Below are positions 24,760 through 39,722 of a stretch of DNA of 64,000 nucleotides, piece by piece. Within the stretch, counting starts at the first letter, position 1, and the number at the start of each line of letters is the position of its first letter. The notes beneath the pieces are model-generated. The model was given only the letters and a program-made list of their open reading frames with translations. It was not told the origin of the DNA and made no database searches. The DNA comes from Narcine bancroftii (lineage: Eukaryota), in assembly GCF_036971445.1 (NCBI RefSeq), contig NC_091476.1, positions 165,974,001 to 166,038,000 of the forward strand, in the 5' to 3' direction. Both the position numbers and the translations under genes were made by a program.

Positions 24760-25028
24760 ACCATATAACCACTTACAGCACAGAACAGGCCAGTTCGGCC
24801 CTACTAGTCCATGCCGTAGCAAATCCCCACCCTCCTAGTCCCACTGACCAGCACCCGGTCCATACCCCTCTAGTCCCCTCCTATCCATGTAACGATCCAG
24901 TCTTTCCTTAAATGTAACCAATGATCCCGCCTCGACCACGTCTGCCGGAAGCTCATTCCACATCCCCACCACCCTCTGCGTAAAGAAATTTCCCCTCATG
25001 TTCCCCTTATAATTTTCCCCTTTCAATC
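24760..25028 (-). mobile_element. Short CR1 3' end, same subfamily as 23028-23565
   Basis: Near-identical to 23030-23293. Confidence 0.9.
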
Positions 25029-26572
25029 TATGACATAAATTCTCAAGGCTTGAGAAAAGAATTCTCCATGAAGAGCCTAACTCTGTTGAATTGTACAATC
25101 TAAAATGTAGATCTTGAAGTACTTTTGAAGTAAGGAATGTGGAAGAAATATTTTTTTAAAAATTTGTACCCAACGTCAGCATAACATTTTTTAAAATCAG
25201 ACTCAGTGTGGGTTAAAATTGTCCCTCGTCTCAATCAAGGACTTTAGTTCCAAACAACAGCCGCTATTTTTCCCTCCACTAATATTGTTTGCTTCATTTT
25301 CCCAGCCTCTTACATTTTGTCAGTCTGGCTTAATTCCAATGCCATTTCTGAAGATGCAAGAATGGTGTTCAAACCCAATTACCTTCAAGGTGTCATTTTG
25401 GCCTTTGCAAAGCAAGAAAAGACATCCACCCAAATTGATGTATCCTTTTTAAATATGATTTCAAAAATGAAATATGATTTCAATACACCAAATTATTCAT
25501 TGCAGATCGACCAAAATTCACCTACGGCAGTTAAGCTAACAGCAAGGAAAAGGAATACTGTCAGCAATGTGTGATGTTTCATCCTAAACAACAGTCGTGG
25601 GTGGGTGTCAACAAATGAAGGTCATTACTATGGGTGAGCTGTGGCCCTGGATCTCATTTAGGAAAATAATATACATTTCCCACCATAATTAAATAACGGT
25701 CTGCAAACTTTAACAAGTTGCCTACATCTCATTCAATGGATAATATCCATGTTGCACAGGTGAGCTTGAGAGAGTTTTTGAAAAAAGTAAAAAGGAGAAT
25801 TTCTTATGAGAGTGTGGTATGGAATAATTTAGAGTCACATTTATGCTTCTTGGTATTCAAAGCAGCTTTCAAAGTTCCAGCATTTCTCCCAGTCAAAAAG
25901 CCAAAGTAAATTAGCATTCATATTTCAAATTATATCTTGCTCTGGCAAAGGAACTCTTTTAACTTATTTGACAAATCCAACACGATTATATTTTAACAGA
26001 CCAGAACAGGCATATTGTCCAATCACTTCAGAAAGGAAAGGTTTGTGTTGGAGACTCAGCACAACTGCCCTCAGACCAGGAACTAAGGAAAGGAAGGTTT
26101 CAGTTACACCGACTGACCAACATACAGATGATATTGTAATTAACAATTTAAATGGAGCTCAGAGAAAAACACCCAAATAATTATCCTGTCAGATGAACAG
26201 GCAATACCAAAATAAATACTGCAAAGAAAAGTGGACAAGCCAGCAAAATGCTCATGTTATGTTCGATTGTTTCTTTACATACTCTGCCATCTGGAAGCAT
26301 CAAGGTGGGGACTGGACAAAAAAAATGGGTATTTCCAGGAACATCCTTAAATCCAATGCTCAACCATGGTCTTCAAGCTAGAACATTTCAGTGACCAGAG
26401 CAGTAATAGCATGAGAGCAAATGTAACATATTTAAGCCAATTAAAATATTTGCTATCCAAATCTATCATCAAAGCAGGTAGATATGAAGAATAAAACAAT
26501 CATTTTTATCTACTCACACTGATGAATCATATGTTCAGAAGACTGGATTTATTCACTATCGGGATAATTATG

Positions 26573-27196
26573 CGTAATGGAAGATTTAAAATGTTTTTTT
26601 TACTTTTTCAGCCTTTGCTGAGAACCTGCTTGTTTTTTTAGAATCAGTAGACATTATCTAATTTACACTACGAGGCCTAGGGATGCATATGAATCAGTAG
26701 ACATTATCTGATTTCCACCATGAGGCCCAGAGATGCAGTTGTCTTTTGTTGGTCGCAGACTGTCAGGAGACCTGCATTTGTTCAAAGAGATAAAATCTGA
26801 AGTAAACAACTTTTGGGTAATATAAGCCATGGTCCCACTGCTGAAGCTTGAGACTCTCCAAGAGGTGGCAACATCTCTCAGCAAGAAGAAGAACTTCAAG
26901 AGTCCAGCTAATGTCCCAGTCGAGGGAGGTGGAGAAGCTGCTACCGGCGCCCCGACAACCTACTACAAGTGTGCAGTCGTTGCCTCGCTTCGGCAGTTGG
27001 GACCAGTCCAGGCATTGATAAGTATAATTGGGAAGGGCTTGCATATTGTAGTGTGAATTCAGCTTTAGATTTAGTAATAAAGACTTGTATAAACTGAACA
27101 GCTCTCGGTGTGTGTGTGTCTATTTTCTTTCGGTAGCTCAAACACTGTGACCAATCTAAAATGATCAAAATGAGAGGTATAAGTTTACCCAAGACA
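26573..27196 (+). mobile_element. Solo LTR (family B)
   Basis: (C)GTAATGG...AAGACA; 5-bp TSD ttatg/ttgtg; TATAA and AATAAA present; internal 50-bp duplication at 26641-26740; homologous to 45726-46496. Confidence 0.82.
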
Positions 27197-27699
27197 TTGT
27201 GGAAATATCTTCTTGACTTCTGAGAAGTGCCAACTTAAATAGTCTTAGCAGGTTCACATATATGTAATATGAAGAACACAAGAAATGGATCTATTGCTAC
27301 AACTATGGACCACTGTACATTGCAAAGGTTTTGGGAATGGAACGAAATACTTTGCTTCTTTAAAAAATTGCTACTTTGTATTGAGTGTCTATCTCAAATA
27401 TTTGGGAAATATTGTTTTTCTCTTCAACTATTACAACATCATTGATGTTGTCATATTGACAACATGTCAAATATGACACATGCTGTCATATTTGCTCCTT
27501 GCTTACCAATGCATTTGAATGTATGAAGCTTCATGCCAATATTCTGCTGACTTAGTCCAATTCAATCCCCAATTGGTAGGGTACCTTCACTAACTCCATG
27601 GCTTCCAGTTTTATGCATTTGTAAGTTTAAAAAAAACATTTTGTATTTTTGAATCAAGTCACTAATGTAGATTGGAATGTGAAAGGACCTAGGTAGATC

Positions 27700-27985
27700 A
27701 GAAACAAATATAGGGGGTGTGGGCTGGCTTAAATTGGAAAATTCAATGGTCATGACATTGGACTATAGACTACCCCAGCAGAATAGAAAGTGGTATTCTT
27801 TGAGTTTGCATTTGCCTTATCCTGGCAATTGAGGAGGCTAATGACAAACTGGTCAATGTGGGAGAGGAAAGGGGAGTTACAAAGGCTACAACCAGAAGGT
27901 TGATACCCATTGGAGTCAGGTATTCAGCACGGCAGTCTCCTGGTTTATCCTTAGTTTCACTGATGTAGAGGAGACCACATCAGAT
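27700..27985 (-). mobile_element. Penelope-like GIY-YIG fragment
   Basis: tgtggtctcctctacatcagtgaaactaa = CGLLYISETK. Confidence 0.6.
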
Positions 27986-28340
27986 GTCCTTGGAGGACAC
28001 AGAAAAAATATTCACAGAAGAATTATACAAGCAATAATTTGGAAATTTCATTGCTGCTCTGTAAACATACAATTCCATCACGACTCAAGAGATAAACCTG
28101 AAGCATAAAACAAAAGGACATAAACAACAAGGGACAAAGACAATAAAGGAGAGCTTGAAAAAAGTCAGTGTGTAAGCACATCTGCTCATGTTTGAATGAG
28201 TGAACGTGGGAAAGAGGTACAGAGAGGAGAAAGAAAAGTTGTATTTATTTTCAACATAATTCTCTTCAAATATTATCGCAAAAAAAGTTCAAATCTAAAA
28301 TATTGAGACTAAAAAGGAAAAAAAAAATTTACCGACTGAC

Positions 28341-28486
28341 CATAAAAATTTATGATGAATCGTCCTCCATTTGCCATGTCACTGTGGAACTTGAAAAGAA
28401 CCTGATTTGAAGTGCTGTATGTTGATTCTTTTATTGAGCTTCCACTGAACACTCCGAGCTGGGGTGCATTTTGCTGAGCTCCATCC
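28341..28486 (-). CDS. CSMD2: CSMD2-like exon (CUB, C-terminal part): DGAQQNAPQLGVFSGSSIKESTYSTSNQVLFKFHSDMANGGRFIINFY
   Basis: 146 nt; ttccctgcag acceptor, gtcagt donor. Translated by hand; not in the ORF track. Confidence 0.9.
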
Positions 28487-29719
28487 CTGCAGGGAAAGAT
28501 AATAAAACATCAAATATGTTACCTGAGAAATGCGGCATTAAATGAAAGCACAGGAAGACACATTTCTATCTGCAGGTTGTGTTCATGCTATAAACAGCCT
28601 GTTAACAAAGTGAAATCTTCTGTTTTGATTGAACAACCATTTGAAGAGTGAAAATGGAGCACAAAACTCCAACAATCACCTTTTCCATATGACTATTTAT
28701 TTTTTGTTTTCAGCCATTTAAATATACTGCTCCAACAGTGATTTTGATTTTCATGAACTTTTCTCCTCTGTATAACTTCATTGGATGCTCCACGGACAAA
28801 ACTATCCTCTGCATTTGTTTTATATCTTCATATGGATTAAAATGAGTTTTAAAACTGAGAGGAAAATATTTACACATTGCAAAGTGGGCATCAATTATAA
28901 CAGTGCCCAAAAATAGCAGAGCGAGCTGCTCCATTGAGTTTCTCCCAGTAACACTCACATTGACAGTAATGAACTGCTTTGAGAGGTTGGTGTTGTGAGT
29001 GAGGAAAGAGGTTTGGTAGGTTTCAAAGGGAAAAATTCTGGACACAGTTTTGATGGGGAAGGATTTTATTCACAAAAGGCAAGTGTTGGAAATGCTAACA
29101 GATGCAGCATTCACTTACACAGAGTTTACAGCAGCCATGGGAAAGAAATAGCAGACAATTAATAATGAATATGGGGAAAAAAGTGTGGGAACAAAATACA
29201 CATACATAGAATGTTACATAGAATGATCAAGGAAAAATCACTAAGATGCCCCACCACCCCTTGAGTCAGTGCAGGCACGGCTCTATGCTATAAGGGACAC
29301 TAATTAAATGCTCCCAACCTTTTTAACAGTGCACATCTTACCAACAGTTTCTCCAGCGCCCTTCCACATTTCTAGGCCTGGAATGAAGCAGGGTAGTCCC
29401 AAGCTGGCAAAGAGAGAGAGAGAACAAAGAACACATGGCACCTTTAGAGTGCTGGAGCATTCAGGCCATTAGAAGGGTCCAATGGCTCAGTGCTAGAAGG
29501 GTTAATCCAATTACAACAGTTAATGGCCCAAGGCTAAGTTCCTGCGGGCTGGAGAGTCAAGTCCAGGTAATTGACATGGAACCAACAGCCAGGAGTGCAC
29601 TGCTGGGTGGGGTGGAACCAAACCTTGATTGGCAGCTGGTGTGTCCTCTGACTAGGTAGGGGTCAGTGCTGTCATATGACAGCCACAACTCTTCCCAATA
29701 CAGTTGGTCATCAGCAGAA

Positions 29720-30760
29720 TTAACTCGCTGTTAAGAAAACACCTGGACCCACTGCAATTTACCACAGTCATTCCACAGAAGATGCACTGGATTTCTACTT
29801 AGCCCTGGATCACTTAAACAGCAGGAACATGTGCATCAGGTTGCTTTTCATTGATTACAGCTCAGCTTTCAACACCATCATCTCCTCAATACTGGTCAGC
29901 AAGATTCAAAACCTAGGGCTCTGACTTCCTGATCAAAAGACCACAGTCAGTGGAAATTAGAAACAGTATCTCCTCCTCACTGACAATCAACGTAAGCATA
30001 CCTTAAAGATGTGGGCTTAGCCCACTGCTCTACTCTCTTGACACCCATGACTATGTAGCTCGGCCTAATTCAAATGCCATCTTCAAATCTGCCAAATGAC
30101 ACCACAGTGGTAGGCAAAATCACAGATGGCAATGAGGAAGCATACAAGAGTGAGATAGATAAGCTAGTCCTGTGGTGTCACAACAAGCTTGCACTCAGTG
30201 TTAGCAAAATGAAGGAATTGATTGTGGACTTTAGAAAGGTAAGAACACAAACCAGCACTCATCGAGGGGTCAGGAGTGGAGAGTATAAAGAACCTCAAAT
30301 TCCTGGGTGTCAACATCTCTGAAGATTTATCCTGGAGCCATCAGGACAAATCAATCATAAAGAAAGCTTGCCAGTGGCTATATTTTGTTAGGTGTTTGAG
30401 GAGATCTGGTCTGTCACCAAAGACTCTTGCAAATTTTGACAGGTGTATTGTGGAGAGCATTTTGACTGGTTGCATCTCTGTCTGGTACGGAGGTTCCAAT
30501 GCACAGGACAGGAAAAGGCTACAGAGGGTATAGGAACCCGAAAACACACACCCAATGTTATAAAAATAACTTCTCCTCTGCCATCAGATTATGGAATGGC
30601 AGAGGAGGAGAAGCTAGTTTGCATCAATTATTTATTTTCAAAGACAGTATTTATGGAACTGTAATTTATAGCAATTTTGCAGCCATAATGCACAATATTG
30701 TTCCCGCAAAACAACAAAGTTGGCGACATAGGTTAAAGACAATAAACCTGATTATGATCT
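29720..30760 (+). mobile_element. Rex1/Babar-like LINE RT fragment and 3' UTR
   Basis: LLFIDYSSAFNTII; LSPLLYS; NDTTVVG; KFLGVNISEDLSWS; ESILTGCISVWYG. Confidence 0.82.
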
Positions 30761-30894
30761 GTCAGTAAGATCCTGTTTACCCACTGACTTCATAAAGCTC
30801 AGGTGAGATGCCTTCAGGACAGAATTATACAATGACTGCTTTTTTCTAAATGGCAAAATCTGCATCTTTCACTTCTCCCAACATAATTTAATTT

Positions 30895-31100
30895 TTAATT
30901 TTAGTTTAGACAAACAGCACAGTAACAGACCATTTTGACCCATGCCACCCAATTTACACCCAATTAACCTACAACCCCTGTACGTTTTGAACAGTGGGAG
31001 GAAACCAGAGCTCCCAGGGAAACCCAGGACACGGACAGCGCAGGATTCAAACCCCAGTCCAGATTTCTGGCACTGTAAAGGTGTTGCGTTAAAGTGTCAC
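30895..31100 (-). mobile_element. V-SINE copy
   Basis: Reverse complement of the 49111-49365 family. Confidence 0.7.
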
Positions 31101-32120
31101 CCATATCTATTTCCAATGGATGACAAAACAGTTAATGTCCTTTTTCAATCTCTGAGTTTAAATTTGGCCCATATCATAGGAAGTCAGTGTGCCTGAGTTC
31201 ACAGTTTATTGTCACAAGATCACAGCCAGAGGGCATGTGGGTAATACTAAAAATTCAATGACCTGAACACCCTTTACAGTGCCTTTCAACGTGCAGCTGA
31301 CATCATTATTTGGAATTACCAGTCCAAAGGAAGTCCAGTGAAAACTAAAAATGAAAACTGCTTAGCAGCTTTCAACCATGAGGAGAAAGAAAAAAAGAAC
31401 AACACTAGAGTCTGCAGACACCATGATTGAAATAAAAGCCCAATACTGAAGAAACTCAGGTGGTAACAAAGATCATGAAACATAACCAACATTTTAGGCT
31501 TGAGGCCTTTCATCAAGAGGCAGGGATAATGCTTCAATTCAATAACCGTTCGTGGGGTCAGGAAGATTTTGAGGAGAAATGGATGAAGGGGAATAACAAA
31601 GAGACTGTGATACTGATAAAAATCTGTAATTACAGGACAGGCAGGCTGTGATTAAATGACAGAGCAGTTAATGGTGCATCAATACAAACACAATTACAAG
31701 TGACAATCGATGCAGAGGTGAAATATGGTACATTGAGGAAAAAAGGAAACCATTCTGATCACATGGTGCTGCAATGCTTCTGGGAATGGGAAGCTGCAGC
31801 CTTCAGCCATAACAAGGAATGAACCATCAATGCAGAACTAGCAAGGTGATTTGGATTTCTGGTGTCATCTTTTCTTTCATCACACTCCCAAGCAGCTGGA
31901 GCCTTTTGCTTTCCCTTTAAAGCTGTGTTTTGTGTCCTACAGAGGACAACCTACACACTCATTTCAGGATTCAATTTAAGTAAATAATACCAGTCCAAAC
32001 AAATGTGGCTTTGTAGATTTTGTCGAGATGGTGCATTAGCAGGGTTTTAGTTGGGGGCATTAGGGTAACCATGGGGTGGGGGGGGCACTCATTCGGGGAG
32101 GGATCACAATACCTCATTTA

Positions 32121-32471
<351 letters not shown>

Positions 32472-32491
32472 CTATAGGCCAGTTGTTCAAG

Positions 32492-32684
32492 AGCAAACAT
32501 TCTCAACCTTTTATCAGCTGTGGCCCCCCATATGACTGCTTAAAGCAGCAGTTAAGTTTTGGTTTATTCCATAATTCTCTCCTACCAGCTATATCAATAA
32601 AAACAAAAAAAGTTGCATGAGTGAGGTGAAAATAAAATAAGGCTTTCATTTAAATGTGTTGTGGCCCCCATTGAGAATGGCTGT
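32492..32684. mobile_element. Short hAT-like MITE
   Basis: Inverted ends cattctcaac / ttgagaatggctg, with repeated tgtggccccc. Confidence 0.45.
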
Positions 32685-33717
32685 ACTAGAGAACAAATTA
32701 CGTACATGTATGTTCACACAGCATTTGAGATTGTCATCTGGGAAAGAAAATAAAAGTAATCTCTGGCTTTATACAAAGCCTTAAAACACCTGCTCTTTAT
32801 CAACCACAGTTCAATGACACCATCATCCACTCAAAACTGATCAGCAAACTCCAAGATATTGAAACACCACATATGCTTAAAGGGATCGACAATTTAAAAT
32901 TATTCAGAAATCCAGAAGATTCCGAACTACGGCAGGTGTCCAGTCCCGACGATCCTGGATAAAAGGTTAGGCACCTGTAATTCAACTGCGTCTGTAGGAA
33001 AAAGGAATGTCAGGGATGTACATGATATCATGTATGTATTCTGACAATAAATTTGAATCTAAATCTGATTTTAAATGCATAGACTGGCACAAGCTTAATG
33101 CAAAAATAAGGTAACCCAAACTTTATTTACTGAGTGATCCACTTTGATTTTTGGCAATAAGTAACAAAGGATAATGGAAGATCAGTTACCATTACCATTT
33201 GACTATTTACAAGCATTTGACTGAAAAATTTAATCTTTATAAATCTGGTAGTACATGTATTAGAAAAATCAAATGGGTGAAAATTTTGCTGGAATCATTC
33301 CAATCACTAAAAATGATTATTAATATAGGAAAGTTTCTTACAGGTCAACAGGATTTATTTTTTTAAATTCTAATTGGTGAAATCATTTTTGATGTAAAAT
33401 TTACAAAGTAAACTGTATTGGTCTGAAATATTATGATGTTAAAGTACTGCATATGTGTTAATAATTTATGCAGCTAGACTATAATGAATTTATGCTTGAA
33501 AATGTTTATTAAACACGTAACAGAGCATCTTGCACATTTACAACTTTTTAGTTAATAACAATGCATTTGTCATTAAACAAATGTAGAAATAATTCATTGT
33601 CAATCCTATTGGTATCAGTACAGTTCTTGATTCCATATACCATCACAATTCACTTTATAATTGATTATAATATCTATGTCAGATTTGACCAGGTTGTGGG
33701 CAAAAAGAATGCAAGTT

Positions 33718-36392
33718 TTTAAAAATTATTTTTTAATTTTTCACACTGTGAACCATATCAACCAAAATGTTTCTCATTAAATATACACAGTGGCATTTTT
33801 TCTCTTTTTTCCCCCCCTACCCTCCCTCCCCCCTTACCACCCCCAAGACCAATAAATATTCAACAAATACAATACAATAAAACCATAAAACAATGTCTTC
33901 ACACAGTGAAAAATAAACAAGAAAAATGTGTTATCTGCTTTTACACACTGAATCAAATAGTTTTGTCTTCTTATCATTTTAGGGGGTGGAGGTCTGTGGC
34001 AAGCTCTCCCTGTTATGTTCCATGTATAGTTCCCATACATTATTGTTCAAATAATGTGACTTTATTTTTTAAATAATGCTATTTTTTTTTCCAATGGAAT
34101 GAATTTATTCATTTCCATGTACCATTGCTGTACCATTGCTGTATTCTTCCATTTTCCAAGTTAACATTATATCATCGGGAGAGGAGAGGACAGAAGACAG
34201 AAAAGAAAAGAGTCGGGGGCAGGTAGGAAAACTTTTAAAAAAAAGTCTCTTACCAGGGCCTGAGGGGAGGAGTCGGCGTTGGAGGCGGCCATTGGTTATA
34301 TCTATTTTTTTTCTTTTTTCAGTAAATTTAATAGCCTCTTCCTTTTAATTTGGTTATTTATTCCATTAATGTTTATAGTCATATAGTTCAATGTGGCCAT
34401 CTTATATCTTGTTAACACCTCTCTTCCGCTTCCTCATCACCTCCGATCCCCTTTTTTTATTTTCATCTCTCAGTTTTCCCTTTTTAAACTCAATGTATGA
34501 CAGCACATTTAAAACATAAAATACTCCAACAATTCCCATACCCAATATTACCTTAACCCCAAATGTTCCCCCCCTCAGAGTTGCCCCTTATCCCTTGCCG
34601 GGCAACCACAACTCCCCTTTCCATTTGGATTGCGATCTTGCTCGCAAGCATCAACTGATTTCGCAGTGATGGTATTTTCTCTCCCCCGAAAACCCTTTTT
34701 TTACACATAAAACAAAGCTCTCCCTTTTTTTCCCCCTTCCTTCCTTCCTTCTCTTCTCTTCTCTTTTCCCTCTTTAGTTCTTTACATATACATTGTTTTT
34801 ACATCTTTATATATACTTTATCACCATTCTTCATTCTTATTACATCTCTTCATTTCTCCTTCTGTCCTGCAAACACTGCAAATTCTTGTGCTTCCTTTGG
34901 ATTCGAGAACAGTCTGTTTTTCTCCCCGGGTATAAATATTTTAAGAACAGCTGGATATCTTAACATGAATTTATAACCTTTTTTCCATAGAATCAATTTT
35001 GCTGTATTAAACTCTTTCCTCTTTAAGAGTTCAAAACTTGTGTCTGGGTAAAAAAATATTTTTTTACCCTTGTATAAGGCTTATTATCTTCTCTAATTTT
35101 ATTCCTTGCCCGCTCCAGTATATTTTCTCTTATCGTATATCTCAAAAATTTTACTAAGATGGATCTTGGTCTTTGATGCATCTGTGGTATCGGAGCTAGT
35201 GCTCTGTGTGTCCTTTCTATTTCCATTTCTTCCTGCAATTCTGTCATTCCCAGGACCTTCGGGATCCATTCTTTTATAAATTCCTTCATGTCTGCGCCTT
35301 CTTCACCCTCCTTCAGGCCCACTATTTTTATGTTGTTTCACCTACTATAATGTTCCAACATATCAATTTTCTGAGATTACTACTGCTGTGTGTCTCTTTA
35401 ATTTTTTTGTCACTTTCTTCCAATTTTCCTCTCAAGTCATTTATTTCCATTTCTACAGCCGTTTCCCGCTCTTCCACATTCTCTACTCTTTTCCCTATTT
35501 CTGTCATGACCCATTCTAAACTTTGCATTTTATCTTCTGTTCTTTTCATTTTTCTTTTAATTGCACTAAATTCTAATGACAACCATTTTTTTAATCCTCT
35601 CATTTGTTCTTCAAAAAAGGCTTTATCAATATTCTGTCCATCTGTTTTACCTTCTATTTCTCTGTGAAGATCTTGGTCTTCTTCTGTGTCTGTACCTGTA
35701 TTTGTGTCTTCTTCTCTTCTTTGTATCTGTGTCTCTTCTGATTCTCCTGATGAGTTGCTTGTATCACTTTGCTGGGCCTCTTTTTGCTGGGCCTCTTGTT
35801 GTTGATCCTCCTCTCCTGGGCTGCTCATCTGTCAGGCCTCCTGCTGCTGCTCCTCTTGCCGTTCACCCCGTCGACTTTCTTCCTCGCCTGGTTCCTCACT
35901 CCCTCTCCTACCGCCTTCCTCATCTTCCAGCTGAGAGCCCTGGTGTCAGGCATTCCTCAGCTAGTCACACCGTGGTTGCCCGTTCCTCAGCTGAGCCTCC
36001 CTCCTGTCGGTGTTTTCTTTTACCTTTGATTGCACAGTTGTGCACTTTTGTTTGGCTCAGAGAGCCATTTTTGCCGTCCACTGGTCGGGGGGTCACAACT
36101 CCGCGGGGCTGGCACCAACCTCGGAGATCAGACACTCTTCACCAGCATGGCATCCTGTTCCTTCGTGCAGGTAAGGCCTTCTTCTTTCTTTTCCGGTGAC
36201 TTTTCTTATTTTTTCCCCCCATTGTTTTTACTTTTTCCTTCTTGGGTGCCATCTTCTTTCTCTTCTCTGCAACTTTATCTTCTATTTCTTATATTTTATA
36301 TTTGTTAAGCTTTGTCTTTTCTTGACTTTTCTTTTTTTCTGGAGAGGGCTGGTTTTACCCTACCGGCCACTACTCCATCTCGTGACTCCTCC
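33718..36392 (-). mobile_element. L1-clade LINE with 5' UTR, ORF1 and both tips of ORF2; most of ORF2 is deleted
   Basis: ORF1 coiled coil plus GLKEGEEG...EIERTHRAL...PRSILVKFLRY. ORF2 start MATLNYMTININGINNQIKRKR at 34400; ORF2 end at about 34170-33950; A-rich tail. TSD-like caaaaagaatgcaagtt / caaaaaacgcaagtt. Confidence 0.85.
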
Positions 36393-36624
36393 CAAAAAAC
36401 GCAAGTTAAATGTAGATATTTTACTAAGCATATTTAGAATATTGGTGAATAAAATACCATTAAGTGTGGCCAACCACTTTAATTAATTTCAGTATAACTT
36501 TCAACAAACCAAATGATAATTTTTGGATATGCAGACTATCAATTACCATATTTTTAAATCTCTTTGCCAATTATTTGATGTGCCACAAATTTTATGAATG
36601 ACCACTGACAATAAGGAAAGTTCA

Positions 36625-36873
<249 letters not shown>

Positions 36874-36957
36874 TTAAGGTTATCATATTATCCAATGGTG
36901 AAGCATAATGTTAAGTTATGAAATCAACCGAGACTGAATTTTAATTTTATAATACTA

Positions 36958-37158
36958 TAGTAAAATTCCCAGTATCCAGCAGTCAAAGGGAATACTGGCG
37001 AAGTGAATTTTCCGGTTGCCTGAGATTGTGTGTTGTGCAATTGCTAGACAGACAACTAGGGGGTGCCAATTTTAAATCTTCCTACTTTCACTTATTTATT
37101 TTCCAAGATTTGTTTTTGCTAGTTGCTTGAGACTGCTGGTTGCATGGATTTTACCGTA
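36958..37158. mobile_element. Tc1/mariner-pogo type MITE
   Basis: ta-tagtaaaattcc ... ggattttaccg-ta inverted ends with TA flanks. Confidence 0.5.
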
Positions 37159-37539
37159 TCTCTAAACTATAGAAATTAATTAATAATGAAACGATGCTCC
37201 ATTTGATTAACTGTGCCACAACACTGAACACTTTAAACATCTGCTTACCCCTGCATGTCAAACGAAAATTGGTGCTAGTCCTGCCATCACATTTGCCATA
37301 TGCATTGGTGAATCATACATTAATTTAAACTGTATTTATTCCCTTTGCAGTAAACTAGTTAATGGGAAATTCCATTAAAATTGCTTAATCAGAAAGCAGA
37401 TTCAGCTCTGTGGACAACTGGTACAAGTAGGTTGACCTTCATCCATTGTAAGCAGACCAATGTACCAGGGCACACAAAGAGATGGAAAGTGATTTTTCTC
37501 TCAAAAAGCTCTAATGAATTGTTTTAATCAGGAGAATTA

Positions 37540-38090
37540 TACATATTTATCAACAAGATTGTGCTTCTCCCAACACTGTGGATAGCATTCAGTACTTTCC
37601 TTTATATTGGGCGATCATTTTGTTGAGTACCTGGGCTCAGTCTACAAGAGTGACCCTGAACTTTTGGTTTCCTGCCACTTTAGTTCACCATCTTCTCTCA
37701 CTGACTGCTTTCTCTGTGGCCTCTTGCATTACTATTACGAGGCCCAATACTATCTGGCCATGTTACTTGATATCAAATTGTCCAACTTTAAATAACTCGC
37801 TCTTTCTTTCTGCTTTTATGAGTACTGAGTAATTTGTCCCTGCCATCCCTTTATTCGTTTCCGTTAGTTTTTTTTTGCGGGCTGTCACACAGACTATACA
37901 GCATTGGCAAGAAAAGTTACTTTTGTTGCAGCCACCTTTCTCTCCCCACTTCCCCTTGACCTGGACTAATTAATTTCTCATTTCTGGTGAAAGACCCCAG
38001 ATTTTAAACTTCAGTTGTTTCGCTTTCCACAGGTACTGCCTGAACTGCTGAGCAGATCCAGAATTTTATGATTTTATTTCAGATTTACAT
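37540..38090 (+). mobile_element. Highly degenerate Penelope-like fragment
   Basis: LGDHFVEYLGSV...VSCHFSS motif and a terminal-repeat relic. Confidence 0.5.
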
Positions 38091-38384
38091 CACCATTTTC
38101 TTTTTTTGGTTAAAGACGTTTACCATTGGATTCTGTAAAATATTTGATTTTTAGTTATGATTTTCTCTATCTTAAAAGAGGCCTTTGCCAGGCCATGACT
38201 GTTGGACCCAGGCTACCATTAGATTCTCAAAAGAAGCCTGCATCCTACTGGAAGGTGTTCTGAAATTTTAACTGATATAACACCAGGTCTCATGAGGTTT
38301 AAGCTTGTATATTAATAATTTAAAAAATACAAACACTCAAGTATTCTTTCTCCAAGACTCCCAATGTGGTGAAGGTCATAAATC

Positions 38385-38468
38385 AGTCAGCGGAATCAGT
38401 GAACCGGTGCGGACTCGAAAGGCCAACATGGCCTGTTTCCGTTCCGTAAATGGTTATATGGTTATATG
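38385..38468 (+). mobile_element. Very short CR1 3' tail
   Basis: ggtgcggactcgaaaggccaacatggcctgtttccg...(tggttata)n. Confidence 0.7.
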
Positions 38469-39461
38469 ATACCTCTGGCATATTAGAATTCAACTCACAA
38501 GTGTAATTACCAATGACTGTGACATGTATTCCAGATTCAGGCTGCACGTCAAACATCCTCTCATGTTCACAGATACTGGCTATTGTCAGTTGCCAGATAA
38601 AGTCTCAGAGGCCAGTGGAATTAACTGATGTTAACAAGATATTTTATTTTCCATCCCCCCAAAATATCTTCCTCCCATAACTGTGGATATCCTATGAGCA
38701 TTCTCATTTAGGAGGGGAAAAATATAATCCAGGTCTCACTTTCTGGTTAATACAATTGAATACACAAAGGGTGAAAGATTATCCAACAACAATTCATTTC
38801 CAAATAAATTTGCTGTGATCAAACAACAAATATTCCTGCTCCTATTGTGAATATCCAAGCAGCCACATTGAAGCAGCTATAGTCAGAGATACATTTCAGA
38901 ATTTGCAGAGATAGGGACTGAACAATGAATGGAAGGAAATAAAATTTATCTATACTAAACTTGTTTCATCCCAGAGATGATGTACTGTCACTGGCTCAGG
39001 CATTAATTGTTGTGTTTAATTTCAGTCCCTCATAACCTCACAACAAATGTTGGGTACCTTTGGTTCCCGAGGCTGGTCCTCCAATCCTTCCTAATATTTT
39101 TTCAACCAACTGCTATTCTTCATGAAAATTATACATTGTGTTCACCAAATATACGATTAATAGCGTGATTTTCATTGGCTGAACGGATACCAAATTTTAT
39201 CTATTTCTATTTCCTAAACTGATATTATTCGTCCCTATATTCTTTGCTTGTCCATCTTATCCACACTTGGCTTTGTAACTATGACTATTTTGTTCAATCT
39301 TCATACTTCTAGTCTGCTCTCAGTAAACCTCCTTGATCGACTTGTACGTGATGAATCTGAAAGGGCACATCTGCTCCTGAGACTCACTGGAGGAATCTTG
39401 GGTTAAAAACTACAGAGGTTAAACCTCACTCTGAGGAATCAAGACGACAAAGATGGACTTA

Positions 39462-39722
<261 letters not shown>

